From the human T2T-CHM13v2.0 reference genome, Homo sapiens: 64,000 bases of DNA. Positions 19,067 through 37,256 of this stretch are shown here, piece by piece. The translations under genes were made by a program, and so were the position numbers. Location of the stretch: assembly GCF_009914755.1 (NCBI RefSeq), contig NC_060939.1, one strand, 5' to 3'. The notes beneath the pieces are model-generated. The model was not told the origin of the DNA. It saw only the letters and a list, made by a program, of their open reading frames with translations, and ran no database searches. Within the stretch, counting starts at the first letter, position 1; every line of letters starts with the position of its first letter.

Positions 19067-20040
19067 CTGGAATAAAAGGAAACATAATTCACTGATTTCA
19101 TCTTCCATTATTTGTAGGATCAATATGAAGTACAGGTAGATCCATGTAAGACCTTTGAAAATAATGGATTAATATTACATACTTCACCTTGGGTGGGATT
19201 ATTTCTTCCTACATGAGACTCCCAACACAAATGTTAGAAGGAAAATAAATGAAACGGAGTGATTTTTCTCTTTGAATTACTTTGTGAATTTTATCAAAAA
19301 GTATGTGTGTGGCAATATCAGTACTTACATAAGATATTGTATAAAAATAATTTGAAGATCTTATGATGTATAAACTAGTATTTCACCACGATGTTCTTAA
19401 ACATAGGAACTCACATTTTTCTTTTTTGAATACTTAATACATTTTCATGGCTCAAAAATAGTAGAAAACATAAAATGTTAAAACATTAAAATTAATAGTG
19501 AAAGTCTCCTTCCCGCTCTCTTTCATCTGCCCAGTTCTATCACAACTATTTTTAGGAATCATTTACTTATATATAACTTTCCAAGATGTCTTTCTGCATA
19601 TACAAATAATTATCCCCTCTCCTTTTATTCTATATAAAAAGTGGCACAATATATATGCTTCTCTACACCTTCCTTTTTGCATGTACATATTTTGGTAATC
19701 TTCTCAAAACCATTCTTACTCAGCTATAAACCATTTCTTTGTATAAATACACCATAACTTATCTAGTCTTCTCATGTTCTACTTTGTTCCAATCTTTTAT
19801 AAAGAACCCCGTAATGAGTAGCTTTAAACATATATTATTTCACAGATATACATCTGTAGGAACAATTCCCAGAAATGAAACTACTACGTTAAAAGATAAG
19901 TGCCTCTACGTTTGACACATCTTACAAAACTGTGTTCCATGAAGATGGTTTTATTTTAATTTGTTCCAATAACATATGAGTCAGGCTATTTCCTCAACCC
20001 TTAACAAAGTATTGTATTAAACTTAACATTTTCATGTTCA

Positions 20041-20451
<411 letters not shown>

Positions 20452-20455
20452 TTAC

Positions 20456-20630
20456 CCTCCTTCTTCTGTTTGTTTATGAATATACGCTAGCAGATCTGCA
20501 GCTCTGCCTGTTCCTTCACACACAACTACTGGAACAGGGGGGCTTTCCTGAAGGTATTCAAGAACTGTGAGGATAACATTTGGCCCACCCTCAAATATAA
20601 GTGCCACCACAGGGACACCCTGGCCAATCC
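20456..20630 (-). CDS. TRPM7: TRPM7 exon 8 (175 nt): [18 protein letters not shown]...HKQTEEG(G)
   Basis: ctctttttag|GG acceptor, GAGG|gtaagt donor; lies inside ORF 20452..20643. Confidence 0.97.
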
Positions 20631-21225
20631 CTAAAAAGAGCAAAGTTAAATTAAAAAATTATTTCATCCCAAGCAAGTTTCTCTCCAAGAAAAAAAAATT
20701 AGGCAAAATTCAGTACTCTAATTTTAGATTTTACTGAAAAAAAATTAAAAAGTAAAAACATAATTTCTAAGACTATGTTGACTTGACTTTAAGCACTCCA
20801 CCTGATACCAGTTCACGTAAGTAAATTAAATAATGAATACTTTGTCACTATCTTAAAAGCTGTTCTCTAAATGACAAAATTAGAAAATCCAATATATAAT
20901 AGACAGCAAATAATTTATATATTCACTACTTAAAAGTAAAAATTTGTTTTCCATATTTTACTGAGCTCTTGACGTGAAATGTAAACAGTAATTTTTTAGT
21001 TTGCTTTACAATACATTAGTTGAACTTCTAACATTGATTTTTATTCATTTTTAAAATATATATTTCTGATTCCAAATGAGACATTAAAATAGAAATTAAT
21101 GACAGTCTTGGCCGGGCGTGGTGGCTCATGCCTGTAATCCCAGCACTTTCGGAGACCAAGATGGACGGATCACAAGGTCAGGAGATCAAGACCATCCTGG
21201 CTAACACAGTGAAACCCTGTCTCTA

Positions 21226-21426
<201 letters not shown>

Positions 21427-21549
21427 TCAAATGCCACCTGAAAGGTTTGTAAAAAAGAAAAAAGAAATGGCTCACGCCTGTAATCCCAGCACTTTGAGAG
21501 GCCAAGTCGGGCAGATCACGAGGTCAGGAGATCGAGACCTTCCTGGCTA

Positions 21550-21846
<297 letters not shown>

Positions 21847-23085
21847 TCAAAAGCAGCCTGGCCAACATAGTGAAACCTCCTATCTACCAAAAATACAAAA
21901 AATTAGCTGGGGCGTGGTGGCGAGTGCCTGTAATCCTAGCTACTCGGGAGGCTGAGGGATGAGAATCGCTTGAACCCAGGAGGCAGAGGTTGCAGCGAGG
22001 TGAGATCGGGCCACTGCACAACAGCCAGGGCGACAGTGCGAGACTCCATCTCAAAAAAAGAAAAAAAAAATTAAAAATTAAAGAAGAAATTGATGACAGA
22101 ATTACATAACTGGAACTGATCAATAAAATTCCAAGACCTCTAGAAGAGCAACAACAGATAAAATTAGTGAAGAATATGAATTTTTGCTTTTACAATAACT
22201 TGCGGTGCACAGAGAAAATGGAAAAAAAAAAGGTATCTGTAGGACTATAAACAATTCTTAACTTTTTTTTTTTTTTTGCAATGGAGTCTTGCTCTGTCAA
22301 CCAGGCTGAAATGCAGTGACGCGATCTTGGCTCACCTCACTGCAGCCTCCGCCTCCTGGGCTCAAACAATTCTCCTGTCTCAGCCTCCCAAGAAGCTGGG
22401 ACTACAAGCACACGCCACCACGCTCGGCTAATTTTTGTATTTTTAGGAGAGACAGGGTTTCACCATACTGGTCAGTCTGGTCTAGAATTCCTGACCTCAG
22501 GTGATCCACCCACCTCGGCCTCCCAAAGTGCTGCGATTATAGGCATGAGCCAGCACGCCCAGCCCATTCTTAACTTTTAGCAAAAGTTCTGACTCCACCA
22601 TAATCTGTAAACACTGTTCTGTAGTTTTTTTATTTCTATTTCACTTTACCACAGAGCTCAACTTCCTGGGGTCCTTAGGTTACAAATTTTCCTTTATTTG
22701 AAATAAAAATTTAGATGTTGAACCAGAAAATTCAGACATGGTTGGAAAGAAAAATCAGTCCCAGGAATACAATTTTTAAGACACATTTAGCCAAACAGTG
22801 ATACTCATTTCATAAATTTTAAGCTGATTTATTTCTTTCAGTGATTTTTTTCCCTTTTAGTTTTCAATCTTGAATTTCACAGCCATGTATTAGAATAAAT
22901 CACACATTAAGAATATTTATGGGTCAGGCGCAGTGGCTCACGCCTGTAATCCCAGCTCTTTGGGAGGCCGAGACGGGCAGATCATGAAGTCAGGAAATTG
23001 AGATCATCCTGGCTAACATGGTGAAACCCTGTCTCTACTAAAAATACAAATTAGCTGGGCATGGTAGCGGGCACCTGTAGTCCTA

Positions 23086-23319
<234 letters not shown>

Positions 23320-23495
23320 TCACTTCTTTTCCTTGGTCTTATCATTTTGTCTAAGATCAACCACTGTTGGTTGTTTCATATGTTATCTTGCTATGTAAGA
23401 AAGAGCACTTCAAAGAACATTCTACTTTCTTTGAATTTGGCTATTAGTACAGCCCAGGACAATTTCAACAATAACAAATTTGTGAATTCACTTAC

Positions 23496-23667
23496 TAGCA
23501 TGAATTCTTTGCTGATTAATAGTTTTTTCAAGTTCTCTTCTCAGTCTGACTTCCGCCCCATACTTTCCAACAGTGCCATCATCCACCAATATGAAATGGG
23601 AATGCAGATTATTCAAAACATTCAATTTGCTCAGGGGGTTCAATAAGGTTTGATAAGGAGCAACCAC
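23496..23667 (-). CDS. TRPM7: TRPM7 exon 7 (172 nt): [57 protein letters not shown](R)
   Basis: attgtttag|GTG acceptor, GCTA|gtaagt donor; [10 protein letters not shown] motif. Confidence 0.97.
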
Positions 23668-24151
23668 CTAAACAATAGCAAACAAAAGAGTTAGTGAGCA
23701 GGATTAAATACAGTATGATGTAAAATAAATTTTGAAATAATCCGTAAAGACAAGTAAGAAGTAAAATTCTATTTTACATACAGAAATAAATACCAAATGA
23801 CAAAGAATGTTTCAAAAAGCGTAAGCTTTTAAGCAGCTGAGGATTAATCATTAATGGGTTGAAACACATGATTATATCTTGACCCATACTGCAGAATTAT
23901 ATATTTCATCATCACATGCAAAGAGAGAAGCAATAAATAACTAAATAGTGCAAATAAACTATTATCAGATTATTAAGTGACTAAACTACAATATATAAAA
24001 GATATTGTGGCCAGGCACAGTGGCTCATGCATGTGATCCCGTCACTTTGGGAGGCCGAGGCGAGTGGATTACCTGAGGTCAGGAGTTCAAGACCAGCCTG
24101 GCCAACATGGTGAAACCCCATCTCTACTAAAACTACAAAAATTAGATGGGA

Positions 24152-24638
<487 letters not shown>

Positions 24639-24712
24639 CTATTTTTCCAGCCATGAGTAGACTCAAAAACTGACATTAGAAATTTAATAACACTTGAAAG
24701 TGATCATTATAA

Positions 24713-24946
<234 letters not shown>

Positions 24947-25470
24947 TGAACTCCTGATCTCCAGTGATCAGCCCGCCTCAGCCTCCAAAGTGCTGGGATT
25001 ACAGGTGTGAGCCACTGCGCCCAGCCAGTAATTCTTTTTAACAGTGTTGATAAATATCTATAACCAATTCACATGTCTTTAACCTATTCAAACAAAACAC
25101 TAGCATTTAACTCCTATTCCCTAGTCTTAGTGAGAATAAAATTAATTCTCATGTCATGTAGTCATTAAAAATTTAATTACAAAGACTAGCTTATATGGAA
25201 AATGTGAAATAATTTTACACATAAAAGACTGAAAGCAAAATGTGCCAACACTGTAACAGCATTTATATTTATGAACTTAATTATTTATAGTTATGAATTA
25301 TTTATATTTATGCATTTCCAAAAATTCAGAAGTAAACCTCAGGAAAATACCTTTTAAACTTAATTTGAAAAGTATAATATAATCATAAATATTTTAAACT
25401 GGCACTATTCTTACTATAATTTTGTTTACATATAATTTCAAACATAAGAAATTTTAAAAATAATTCTTAC

Positions 25471-25595
25471 ATCTCTCCCAACAAGATCATTTCTGTTTTC
25501 AATCACTCCCCATGGAGCTATTCCGATAGTGCAAATCTTTCGAGATGATCTGGAAGCATGTTCTTTGAGGGCATCTCCAACATGTTTTGCCACAC
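25471..25595 (-). CDS. TRPM7: TRPM7 exon 6 (125 nt): [41 protein letters not shown]
   Basis: tttttttatgaacag|GT acceptor, GAT|gtaaga donor; conserved TRPM GIAPWG motif. Confidence 0.97.
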
Positions 25596-26519
25596 CTGTT
25601 CATAAAAAAAGTTTATTCATTTTGTTTTTTTTATTTTCTTAAAGACAGGGTCACCCAGGAAAGAGAGCAGTGGCGCAATGACAGCTCACTGCAGCCTCAA
25701 ACTCCTGGACTCAAGCGATCCTCCCTTGTGAGCCTCCCCAGTAGGTGGGACTACAGGTGCGTGCTAAGACAGCCGGCTAATTTTTTTTTTTTTTTTTTCA
25801 GTAGAGACAGGTGGGTCTTGAACTCTTGGGCTCATGCCTCAGCCTCCCAAAGTTCTGGGATTACAGTCATTACTGTGTTCAGAACAATCCTGTGCTAAAT
25901 CTGTAACACTATAATATGTGATATATTTCTCCACACCTTCAAGATATAAGGCAACAAGGTCATAACAAACTTAAAACAAGGTCATAGCCAAACCTACAGA
26001 AGAATACACAAGGACCAAAAAGGAACAAAAACCACTAAACCCCACAATATCAAATCACTACAAATGCCAGAAAACACATATAACACTAAATTTTACCATG
26101 TTATTTGGTCTAGTCCGTTTTTGCATTTCTCCTCTAAGTAACTGTAGTTTTTTATTATTGCTCTACACATCATTTAGAAAAAATTAATCGGTGGCACAGG
26201 ACCATACGCAAAACACACACACACACAATAAACAATGACAAAAGTCTATTTCAGTCAAAAATGAGAGAGAAAAGTATAAAAGGCAGTTCCAAAGAGCATA
26301 TAACTCCTCATTATCACTTCTTTTTTTTGAGGGAGGGAGTCAGGGTCTCACTCTATTGCCCAGGCTGGAGTGCAGTGGTGTGATCATGGCTTAGCTCACT
26401 GCAGCCTTGACCTCCCGGGCTCAAGTGATCCTCCCACCTCAGCCTCCCAAGTAGCTAGGAGGGTAGGCACATACCACCATGCCGGGGTAATTTTTTTTTC
26501 TTTTTTTTTTTTTTTTTAG

Positions 26520-27070
<551 letters not shown>

Positions 27071-27760
27071 TCACTCAGTTTGATCTCCATAATGCATCAC
27101 ATCTCATCCCTCACCCAAATTATGAAAATAGCATCTTCGTAGGTCTTTCAACTGCTGCCTTGCCATTATACTCCATTTTGAAAACATCATCCGAGTGATC
27201 TTTGCAGCTGTTGACTCTCTACTTAAAACCTCCTCTTCTCATTCAGAGCAGAAGCCAAAATGCTTATAACGGTCCCCAAGGCCTCATGCGATGAACTGCC
27301 TACTGCCTCTACTAGTCACCATGCTTCTCTACCACCATACACCAGAACTTCTGACTTCATCACCTAGCACTCTCTGCTTATTCCACTCAAGCTATATTAG
27401 ACTGTTCTTACTATTCTTCCAACACACGAGCCATCTCCTCCCCTTTACATGCTTTGCCTTATGTTTTTCTTGTACCTTGCTTCCTCATTTCCATTTCTCC
27501 TCAACTGTCACCTTATCAGCTCTCCTTGACCATGTAACAAAATAGCAGCCCTTCCATCATCCCTCACTATCCCTCTTCTTGACTTCATGTGTCTGCATAA
27601 CACTTATCAGCATCTAACACGTTATACATTACTGAGTTATCTGTTTCTTATCTTTATCTCCCCCACTAGAAGTTCCATGAAGGTAGATATTTTTACTGTT
27701 TATGGAATAAATTCTTAGCAGCCTCAAAAACTTCTGACACAATGAGGTTCAAAAAATAGC
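27071..27760 (+). mobile_element. L2 3' fragment
   Basis: CT-rich L2 text ending ...CCCCACTAGAAGTTCCATGAAGG... Confidence 0.6.
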
Positions 27761-27814
27761 TGCTGGCCAGGTGCAGTGGCTCACACCTGTAACCCCAGTA
27801 CTTTGGGAGGCCTA

Positions 27815-28042
<228 letters not shown>

Positions 28043-28308
28043 TCAAAAAAAAAAAAAAAAAAGTTGCTGATAATGAATTAGATGTTTGCAAGCTGACTTA
28101 AATGTTTTATTTTAGACAATGAAAGTAATCTGCCCTCTTTATATTCAACCTGTATATGTGATAGGGAAGATATAGAATAAAAGACAGTAGTATGTTACAA
28201 ATTAATTTTTGAAAGCTACTTCTTACTGCTGCTGAGGCAATGGATTGCCATTCTTGTATCAATTTACCACTAGAAGGAAAGTGATGGAAATAATGCTTTG
28301 CTCTACAG

Positions 28309-28891
28309 TAGGGTCAAAAACCTTTTTCTAAAAGGCTAAACAGTATAAGCTTTATAGGGTATACCATCTCTGTCACAACTATTCACCTCTGCTGTTACAG
28401 CACAAAAATAGCCATAGACAATATATAAACTGATATGGTTAAGCTTTGCATCCCCACTCAAATCTGATCTTGAATTGTAATCCCTATAATCCCCAGGTTT
28501 TACGGGAGAGACCAGGTGGAAGTAACTGAATCATGGGGGCGGTTTCCCCAATGCTGTTCTGGTGATAGTGACTGAGTTCTCCCAAGATCTGATGGCTTTA
28601 TAAGGGGCTCTTCCCTCTTCGCGTGGCACTTCTCCTTCCTGCCACTTTGTGTAAGAAGGTGCCTTGCTTCCCCTTCACCTTCCACCATGATTATAAATTT
28701 CCTGAGGCTCCCTAGTCATGCTGAACTGTGGGTCAATTAAACCTCTTTCCTTTATAAATTACCAAGTCTCGGGCAGTTCTTTATAGCAGTATGAAAACAG
28801 ACTAATACAGTAAATAAGTGAATGTTCCAGTAAATCTTTATTCAAGGTTTGGGCTGGATTTGGCACACAGGCTATAGTTTGCCAAATCCTG
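28309..28891 (+). mobile_element. MER58A hAT DNA transposon split by the THE1 LTR
   Basis: MER58-like halves on both sides of THE1; 8-bp TSD CTCTACAG/CTCTAAAG. Confidence 0.8.
28431..28809 (+). mobile_element. THE1 (THE1C-like) MaLR solo LTR
   Basis: TGATATGGTT...GACTAATACA termini, ATTAAA poly(A) signal, about 380 bp. Confidence 0.9.
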
Positions 28892-29074
28892 CTCTAAAGT
28901 GTTGCGTTTTTTTTTTAAAGACAAAATAATAACCAAACAGGTTCGATTATCATTTTTACCTACAAACTGTAGATTATTTATCAAGAGTTAAGTATATCTA
29001 TATTCAGTGTTGATCTGTATTTCAAATATCTAATTGCTATTATAAAAAAATTTAAGGGCCGGGCGTGGTGGCTA

Positions 29075-29355
<281 letters not shown>

Positions 29356-29386
29356 CTAAATAAAATTGGTATAATCATCACATTAC

Positions 29387-29600
29387 CTGTGTTTACTCCT
29401 CCAGTTAAAATCCAGGCTCCAGTTGTAACTGCAGCTTTAATAAGACCTTTTCCAAGCAACTGCTTGATTCGTGGGTGAAGCTCAAATTTCTGCATGCCCC
29501 CATGTACAGAGATAACAAGTTTGGGTAACTCCATTTGCCATTCTTTAAGCAGAAGTTGCAGAATGACTTCAGGTTTGGTGTCATATGATAGCCTCACATA
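29387..29600 (-). CDS. TRPM7: TRPM7 exon 5 (214 nt): [12 protein letters not shown]...WILTGGVNT(G)
   Basis: ctttttctag|TATGTG acceptor, ACAG|gtaatg donor; overlaps ORF 29346..29597. Confidence 0.97.
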
Positions 29601-30630
29601 CTAGAAAAAGATTTTAAAAGGAGAAAATAATTGAACATGTTCACAGGTTTCATAATGTGACATTATATGACTTTGGAAAATTTTATATGAATCAGATTAT
29701 GTAAAAAGAGATTTCATAGGCTATTTTCAATATATTTATACTCCAAGGAATAAGCAATAGTAAATGATTTTAAAGTTGAAAAAATCATTCTGTGAGATCT
29801 ACAGAAATAGCGAAACTAACTTTTAAACATTTAGACACAAATGTTACTCTTTCTGTTTAAACTCAATTACCATTGACCCAATTTACCCAAGTACCTGCAG
29901 TATTTATTGCCTTCTTTAACTATGACTACACAGTGAGTTAGAAACATTAAGACTGGCTGAAGAGGATCGGAAAAGGAAAAAAAAGGAATTAGGGGGGAAA
30001 AATATGGAGGCTTCTAAGGCTCTTGCTATGAAGAGAGGCAAATACTGAATTATTTGTATGAAAGTTTGGCAATGATCTAGTCCATTTATAAATGAATTGT
30101 GACTATGGAGTAAAATTTAAAAAGATATATTTAATATAGATGATTATTTTCTTCACTGTAAATAACTGGATTTGATCAGACTGAGAAATAATCAGAAAAT
30201 CGTAATCAACATTTCATGGTGTTCGGATGGATTCTCCAGTTTAATTTTTGAAAACATCTTTCTATAGAAAAATAGAAAAAAAAGCTATCGTGTGTGAAAT
30301 AACTTCTTCTGGTTTGAAAGATTTTAAAAATTAACTTCCTGTTTAAGTGATATCATAAGACTTACTTGCTATACTCACATTAATTCATTCTCTTGGCCTA
30401 AAGCACATATATGAAGTAGCTCATAAGAAACTTCAAGTATTCAGACATTGAGACATTTAAAAATCATCTCTAAGAAACCTTATTTGCAAAATGATGTATT
30501 TCCCATTCCTTTACAAAGATCAAACACTACTGAAAATCTCAGTACTGACAAACAAATGAAGCCAAAAGGCCAGGCACAGTGGCTCACGCCTGTAATCCCA
30601 GCACTGTGGGAGGCCAAGGCAAGTGGATCA

Positions 30631-30927
<297 letters not shown>

Positions 30928-30931
30928 TTAA

Positions 30932-31170
<239 letters not shown>

Positions 31171-31822
31171 TGAACTCTTGGGCTCAAGTGATCTGCCCAC
31201 CTCAGCCTCCCAAAGTGCTGGGATTACAGACACACGGCACCCAGCATGGTTAATTTTTTTGTATTTTTGGTAGACACAAGGTTTCACCATGTTGCCCAGG
31301 CTGGTCTTGAACTCCCGGGCTCAAGTGATCTGCCTGCCTCGGCCTCCCAAAGTGCTGGGATTATAGGCATGAGCTACCACACCAGACCAAGAATGCTTTG
31401 TAAATAGGATTTGTTCTTTTTTTTTTGACAAAGTCCCGCTCTGTCGCCCAGGCTGGAATGCCTCCCGGGTTCAAGAGATTCTCCTGCCTCAGCCTCCTAA
31501 GCAGAGTAGCTGGGATTATAGGTGCGCACCACCAGGCCCAGCTACTTTTTGTATTTTTAGTAGAGACAGGGTTTTGCCATGTTGGTCAGGCTGGTCTTGA
31601 ACTCCTGACCTCAGGTGATCCATCTGCCTTGGCTTCCCAAAGTTCTGGGATTACAGGCATAAGCCACCGTGCCCAGCCGGATTTGTTCTATAATAAGTCT
31701 TTCTGTATCAGTTTTGTTTAACTCATTATTATATTTGGGCACATAAAGTAGTATTAGAGAAGCAGTCTAAAGTTAATGTTTTTAATACTATATTAGAGAT
31801 AAATGAGAAATTCCACTTCCTA

Positions 31823-32313
<491 letters not shown>

Positions 32314-32797
32314 TTAAAATGGTTTTTGCTGTTGTTATTTGTTTTTCAGGCAAGGTCTGGCTCTGTTGCCCAGGCTAGACTTTGGTGACATGGTCCAAGG
32401 CTCACTGCAGCCTCAACTTCTCAGGCTCAACTGATCCTCCTGCTTCAGGCTCCCAAGTAGCTGGGACTACAGGCGTGTATCAGCATGCCCAGCTAATATT
32501 TTTGAATTTTAGTACAGACAAGGTCTCACTATGTTGCCCAGGCTGGTCTCAAACTCCTGAACTCAAGTGATCCTCCTGCCTAGGCCTCCAAAAGTGCTGA
32601 GATTACAGGCATGAGCTACCATGCCAAGGTTAAAATGTTCAAATCTAAATAAATAATAACTGTTTTAGGGGTTTAAAACAGAAAATTAAAATTCATGCTG
32701 ACAAGAGCACATAAGTCTTAAGAGAAATAAGTGCAGTTTCAAATATTCCAAAGGTTCCTGCATTGTTGAAAAAGTGGTAAAGGATTAATTTACAGTA

Positions 32798-33129
32798 CAG
32801 TCATGTGCCACACATTTTGATTAATGATGAACTGCATACATAAGGTGGTTCCCTAATATTATAATACCATACTTCTGTACCTTTTTCTTGTTTATATATA
32901 TTTAGACACATATTTCCCATTGTGTTACACTGTTACACCTGCCTACCATATTTAGTACAATAACATGCCATAGAGGTTTACAGCCTAAAAGCAATAGGCT
33001 ATACCATATAGCCTAGGCATATAGTAGGCTATACCATCTAGGTCTGAATACACTCTACGGTGTTAGCATGATGAAATTGCCTAACACATCTCTGAGAACA
33101 TATCCCCATTCTTAAGTGATGCATGACTG
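32798..33129. mobile_element. Tigger3a-like TcMar DNA transposon, complete
   Basis: TIRs CAGTCATGTG...TGCATGACTG, preceded by TA. Confidence 0.82.
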
Positions 33130-33199
33130 CATATAACAAGTTAAAAATGCATTTTATCACATTATCACATTTATTATAGTATTCTTTTTCTTTTTTTGA

Positions 33200-33472
<273 letters not shown>

Positions 33473-33816
33473 TGACCTATAATATTCTTTTTCTAAAGAA
33501 CAGAAAAACAGGCCGGGCACAGTGGCTCAGGCCTGTAATCCCAGCACTTTAGGAGGCCGAGGCGGGCAGATCATGAGGTCAGGAGATGGAGACCATCCTG
33601 GCTAACACAATGAAACCCTGTCTCTACTAAAAATACAAAAAATTAGCTGGGCATGGTGGCACACACTTGTAGTCCCAGCTACTCTGGAGGCTGAGGCAGG
33701 AGAACTGCTTGAACCCAGGAGGCCGGAGGTTGCAGTGAGCCGAGATTGCGCCACCGCACTCCAGCCTGGGCAACAGAGACACCATCTCAAAAAAAAAAGA
33801 ATAGAAAAAGAACATA

Positions 33817-34265
33817 TAGTAGGCCTTCTGTATCTGTGGGATCCACGTTTATGGTTTCAACCAACGGTGAATCAAATATATTCAAGAAAAAACATTGAGC
33901 CTATACTAAACATGTGTAGACTTTATTTACCTGTCATTATTCCTTAACAGTGCAATTTAACAACTATTTACATTGTATTGGGCATTTTATTAATATTTTT
34001 ATTTTAAGTAGAGACAGAGTCTCACTATTTTGCCCAGGCTGGTCTCCAACTCCTAGCCTCAAGCCATCCTTCCACCCTCTCAAAAGTGTTGGGATGATAG
34101 GCGTGAGCCACTGTGCCTGGCCTATATTAGATATTATAAGGAATCTAGAGATGATTTAAACTATACAAGAGGGTGTGCATAGATTACATCCAAATACTAT
34201 TGATAATCTGTAGACTTTGGTATCTGAGGGAAGTCCTGAAACCAAGCCCCCTGAAGGATGACTGT
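33817..34265. mobile_element. MER2-like Tigger element interrupted by an Alu monomer
   Basis: GGCCTTCTGTATCTGTGGG start; GAATCTAGAGATGATTTAAA core; GATGACTGTA end. Confidence 0.7.
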
Positions 34266-34733
34266 ATAAATAATATGCTAATAAAGGAGTAAGAAAATAA
34301 TAAAAAATATTTAATCCAAAATAATACAAGAAAAAAAACAGAACAAAGAAAAAAGTGAGACAAATAGATAACTAATAACATAATGGTAAATTTAAACTTA
34401 AATACACAGCAGACAACATTTTTAAAAACAATTAAAAGACATCTCTTAAACATAAAAGGTTAAAACCGAAAAGGAAGAAAGATGGCTTAACTACACTGAT
34501 TGCAGAAAAAGCAAACCATGTCAAGAAAAATGACAAGAAACAAAACACATTTTATAATGATGAAAGGTTCAATCCACCAGAAAGATACAATTCTATATTT
34601 GTATGCACCTTTGTACTTTAAAATATACAAATAAATTACTGAGACCAACTTTTTGTCAATATTGCTACACAAATTGTGATGTTTATTATTTAAATAACAA
34701 CATAAATGAAGAAAAATCCAATATGTGACATAC

Positions 34734-34932
34734 CTTAGCTCTGTAGGAATGAGAACCCCCTTGAAAATTTATGACTCCATAAGCATCCGTTGGGCTCTGT
34801 TCTGTATGCTTTTCCACAGACCATTCTTCTATTGCCTGATTAAAATGGTCACCCAATTTCACATCTGAGTATTTCATGGCAAGACTTGCAGTAAAACAAG
34901 CATGTTGCTTGACCAAGCGACCACAAAAACAC
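34734..34932 (-). CDS. TRPM7: TRPM7 exon 4 (199 nt): CFCGRLVKQHACF...GGSHSYRAK
   Basis: ttttcttttag|GTGT acceptor, AAG|gtatgt donor; lies inside ORF 34686..34967. Confidence 0.97.
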
Positions 34933-36133
34933 CTAAAAGAAAAAGGTGAGATTAAAAGACCCTTCAAAAAATTAGAGTTAATGAAAAAATGGAATTAAAA
35001 GTGAATGAACCGACAAATATAAGCTTTAAAATTTTTATATTTTATATAAGTATAAAAATAAGCTTTTTGATTTTAGGATATCTATATATTAATACCTTCA
35101 TCATAGCACTGAAATAGTATAATTAGTCTAAGATGAATTCATCATCTAAATTTAACATGAGGCATCTACAAAACATGGCATAGGCATATAACAGAAATAG
35201 TATTTACACCGGCTGTGGCTCACGCGGGTAATCCCAACACTGTGGGAGGCCATGGCTGGAGGACCTTGAGGTCAAAAGTTCAAGACCATCCTAAGAAACA
35301 CAGCAAGACCCTGACTTGACAAAAAATTTTAAAAAATTAGGCAAGTGTGGTGGCATACACCTGTAGTCCCAGCTACACAGGAGACTAAGGTGGGAGGCTT
35401 GGTTGAGCCCGTCAGGGCTGCAGTTAGCCTTGGTCACACCACTGTGCTCCATCCTGGACGACAGAACAAGCAAGACCCCAACTCAAAAAAAAAAAAAAGA
35501 AAGAAAGAAAGAAAAAATACTATCCAATAATAAAGAGAAGTGAATGAACCACTAATAATACTACAGAATGGATAAATCTCAAAATCATCATACTGAGTGA
35601 AAGAACCTAGACACCAATGATTATATATTTGTATGATTCCACGTATACAAAATTCAAGAAACCGTGAACTAATCTATATAGTGACAAAAGGGTGATCAAT
35701 GGTGTCTGAGGCTGGGGTACAAAGACAGATGGCTTTCTACCCAGAAGCACATACTGGACTATAACACCATAAGTAGGAACCTAGTGGAGCTGGGCAGTCT
35801 CATTGATTTGATATAATCTTAAAAATCAGATGAGAGTTTGAGGAAGCCAAGGCAGCTAGAGTTTGTGAGGTAGAAAACAAAAAGAGGAGGGAGCTACAAC
35901 GAGAAAGTTCCAAGTATCTGCAGAAGGGTCTCCTTAAGCATGTGGAAGAATAACTACTTGGCCAGGTACAGTGGCTCACACCTGTAATCCCAGCACTTTG
36001 GGAGGCCGAGACGGGCAGATTACCTGAGGTCAGGAGTTCGATACCATCCTGGCCAACATGGTGAACCGTCTCTACTAAAAATACAAAAAATTAGCTGGGC
36101 ATGGTGGCGCGTGCCTGTAATCCCAGCTACTCA

Positions 36134-36274
<141 letters not shown>

Positions 36275-36455
36275 CTACTTAAGGCAAAGTTAAAAGCTAC
36301 TGGACAGCAATAGCCGAAACAATTTCTGAAGCTCATAAAGGGCAGGGAACACTTTATGTTCCCACCAGCCAGAGTAGAGATCTCATAACACACAAGGCTT
36401 ATGACAGGGTCCTCAAAAAAAGTATCATTAAATTAGAAGGACTAAATTAGACCTA

Positions 36456-36596
<141 letters not shown>

Positions 36597-36635
36597 CTAG
36601 GCATGGTGGCGTACGCTTGTAGTCCCAGCTTCTCA

Positions 36636-36767
<132 letters not shown>

Positions 36768-37034
36768 TCAGACCTAGACAGCCCATGCCCTGACAAAGTT
36801 TAAGAGCAAGACCTGAAAGGATCAAACTGATCCAAAGTAATCTAATTGCATGCTATAGCAAGTCTAAAACTCGCTAGTGGAATACAACAAATGCCAGTAA
36901 CCAAAAACATAAAATTCACTATTGTCAGCATGCATGAAAAATTCCCAGACATTGGCCGGGCGTGGTAGCTCACACATGTAATCCTAGTATTTTTGAAAAT
37001 GGAGACCGGCAGTTTGCTTGAGCCCAGGAGTTTA

Positions 37035-37256
<222 letters not shown>

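Noticed and set aside
23347-23646. 99-aa + strand ORF
   Set aside because: Antisense shadow of TRPM7 exon 7; no recognisable protein
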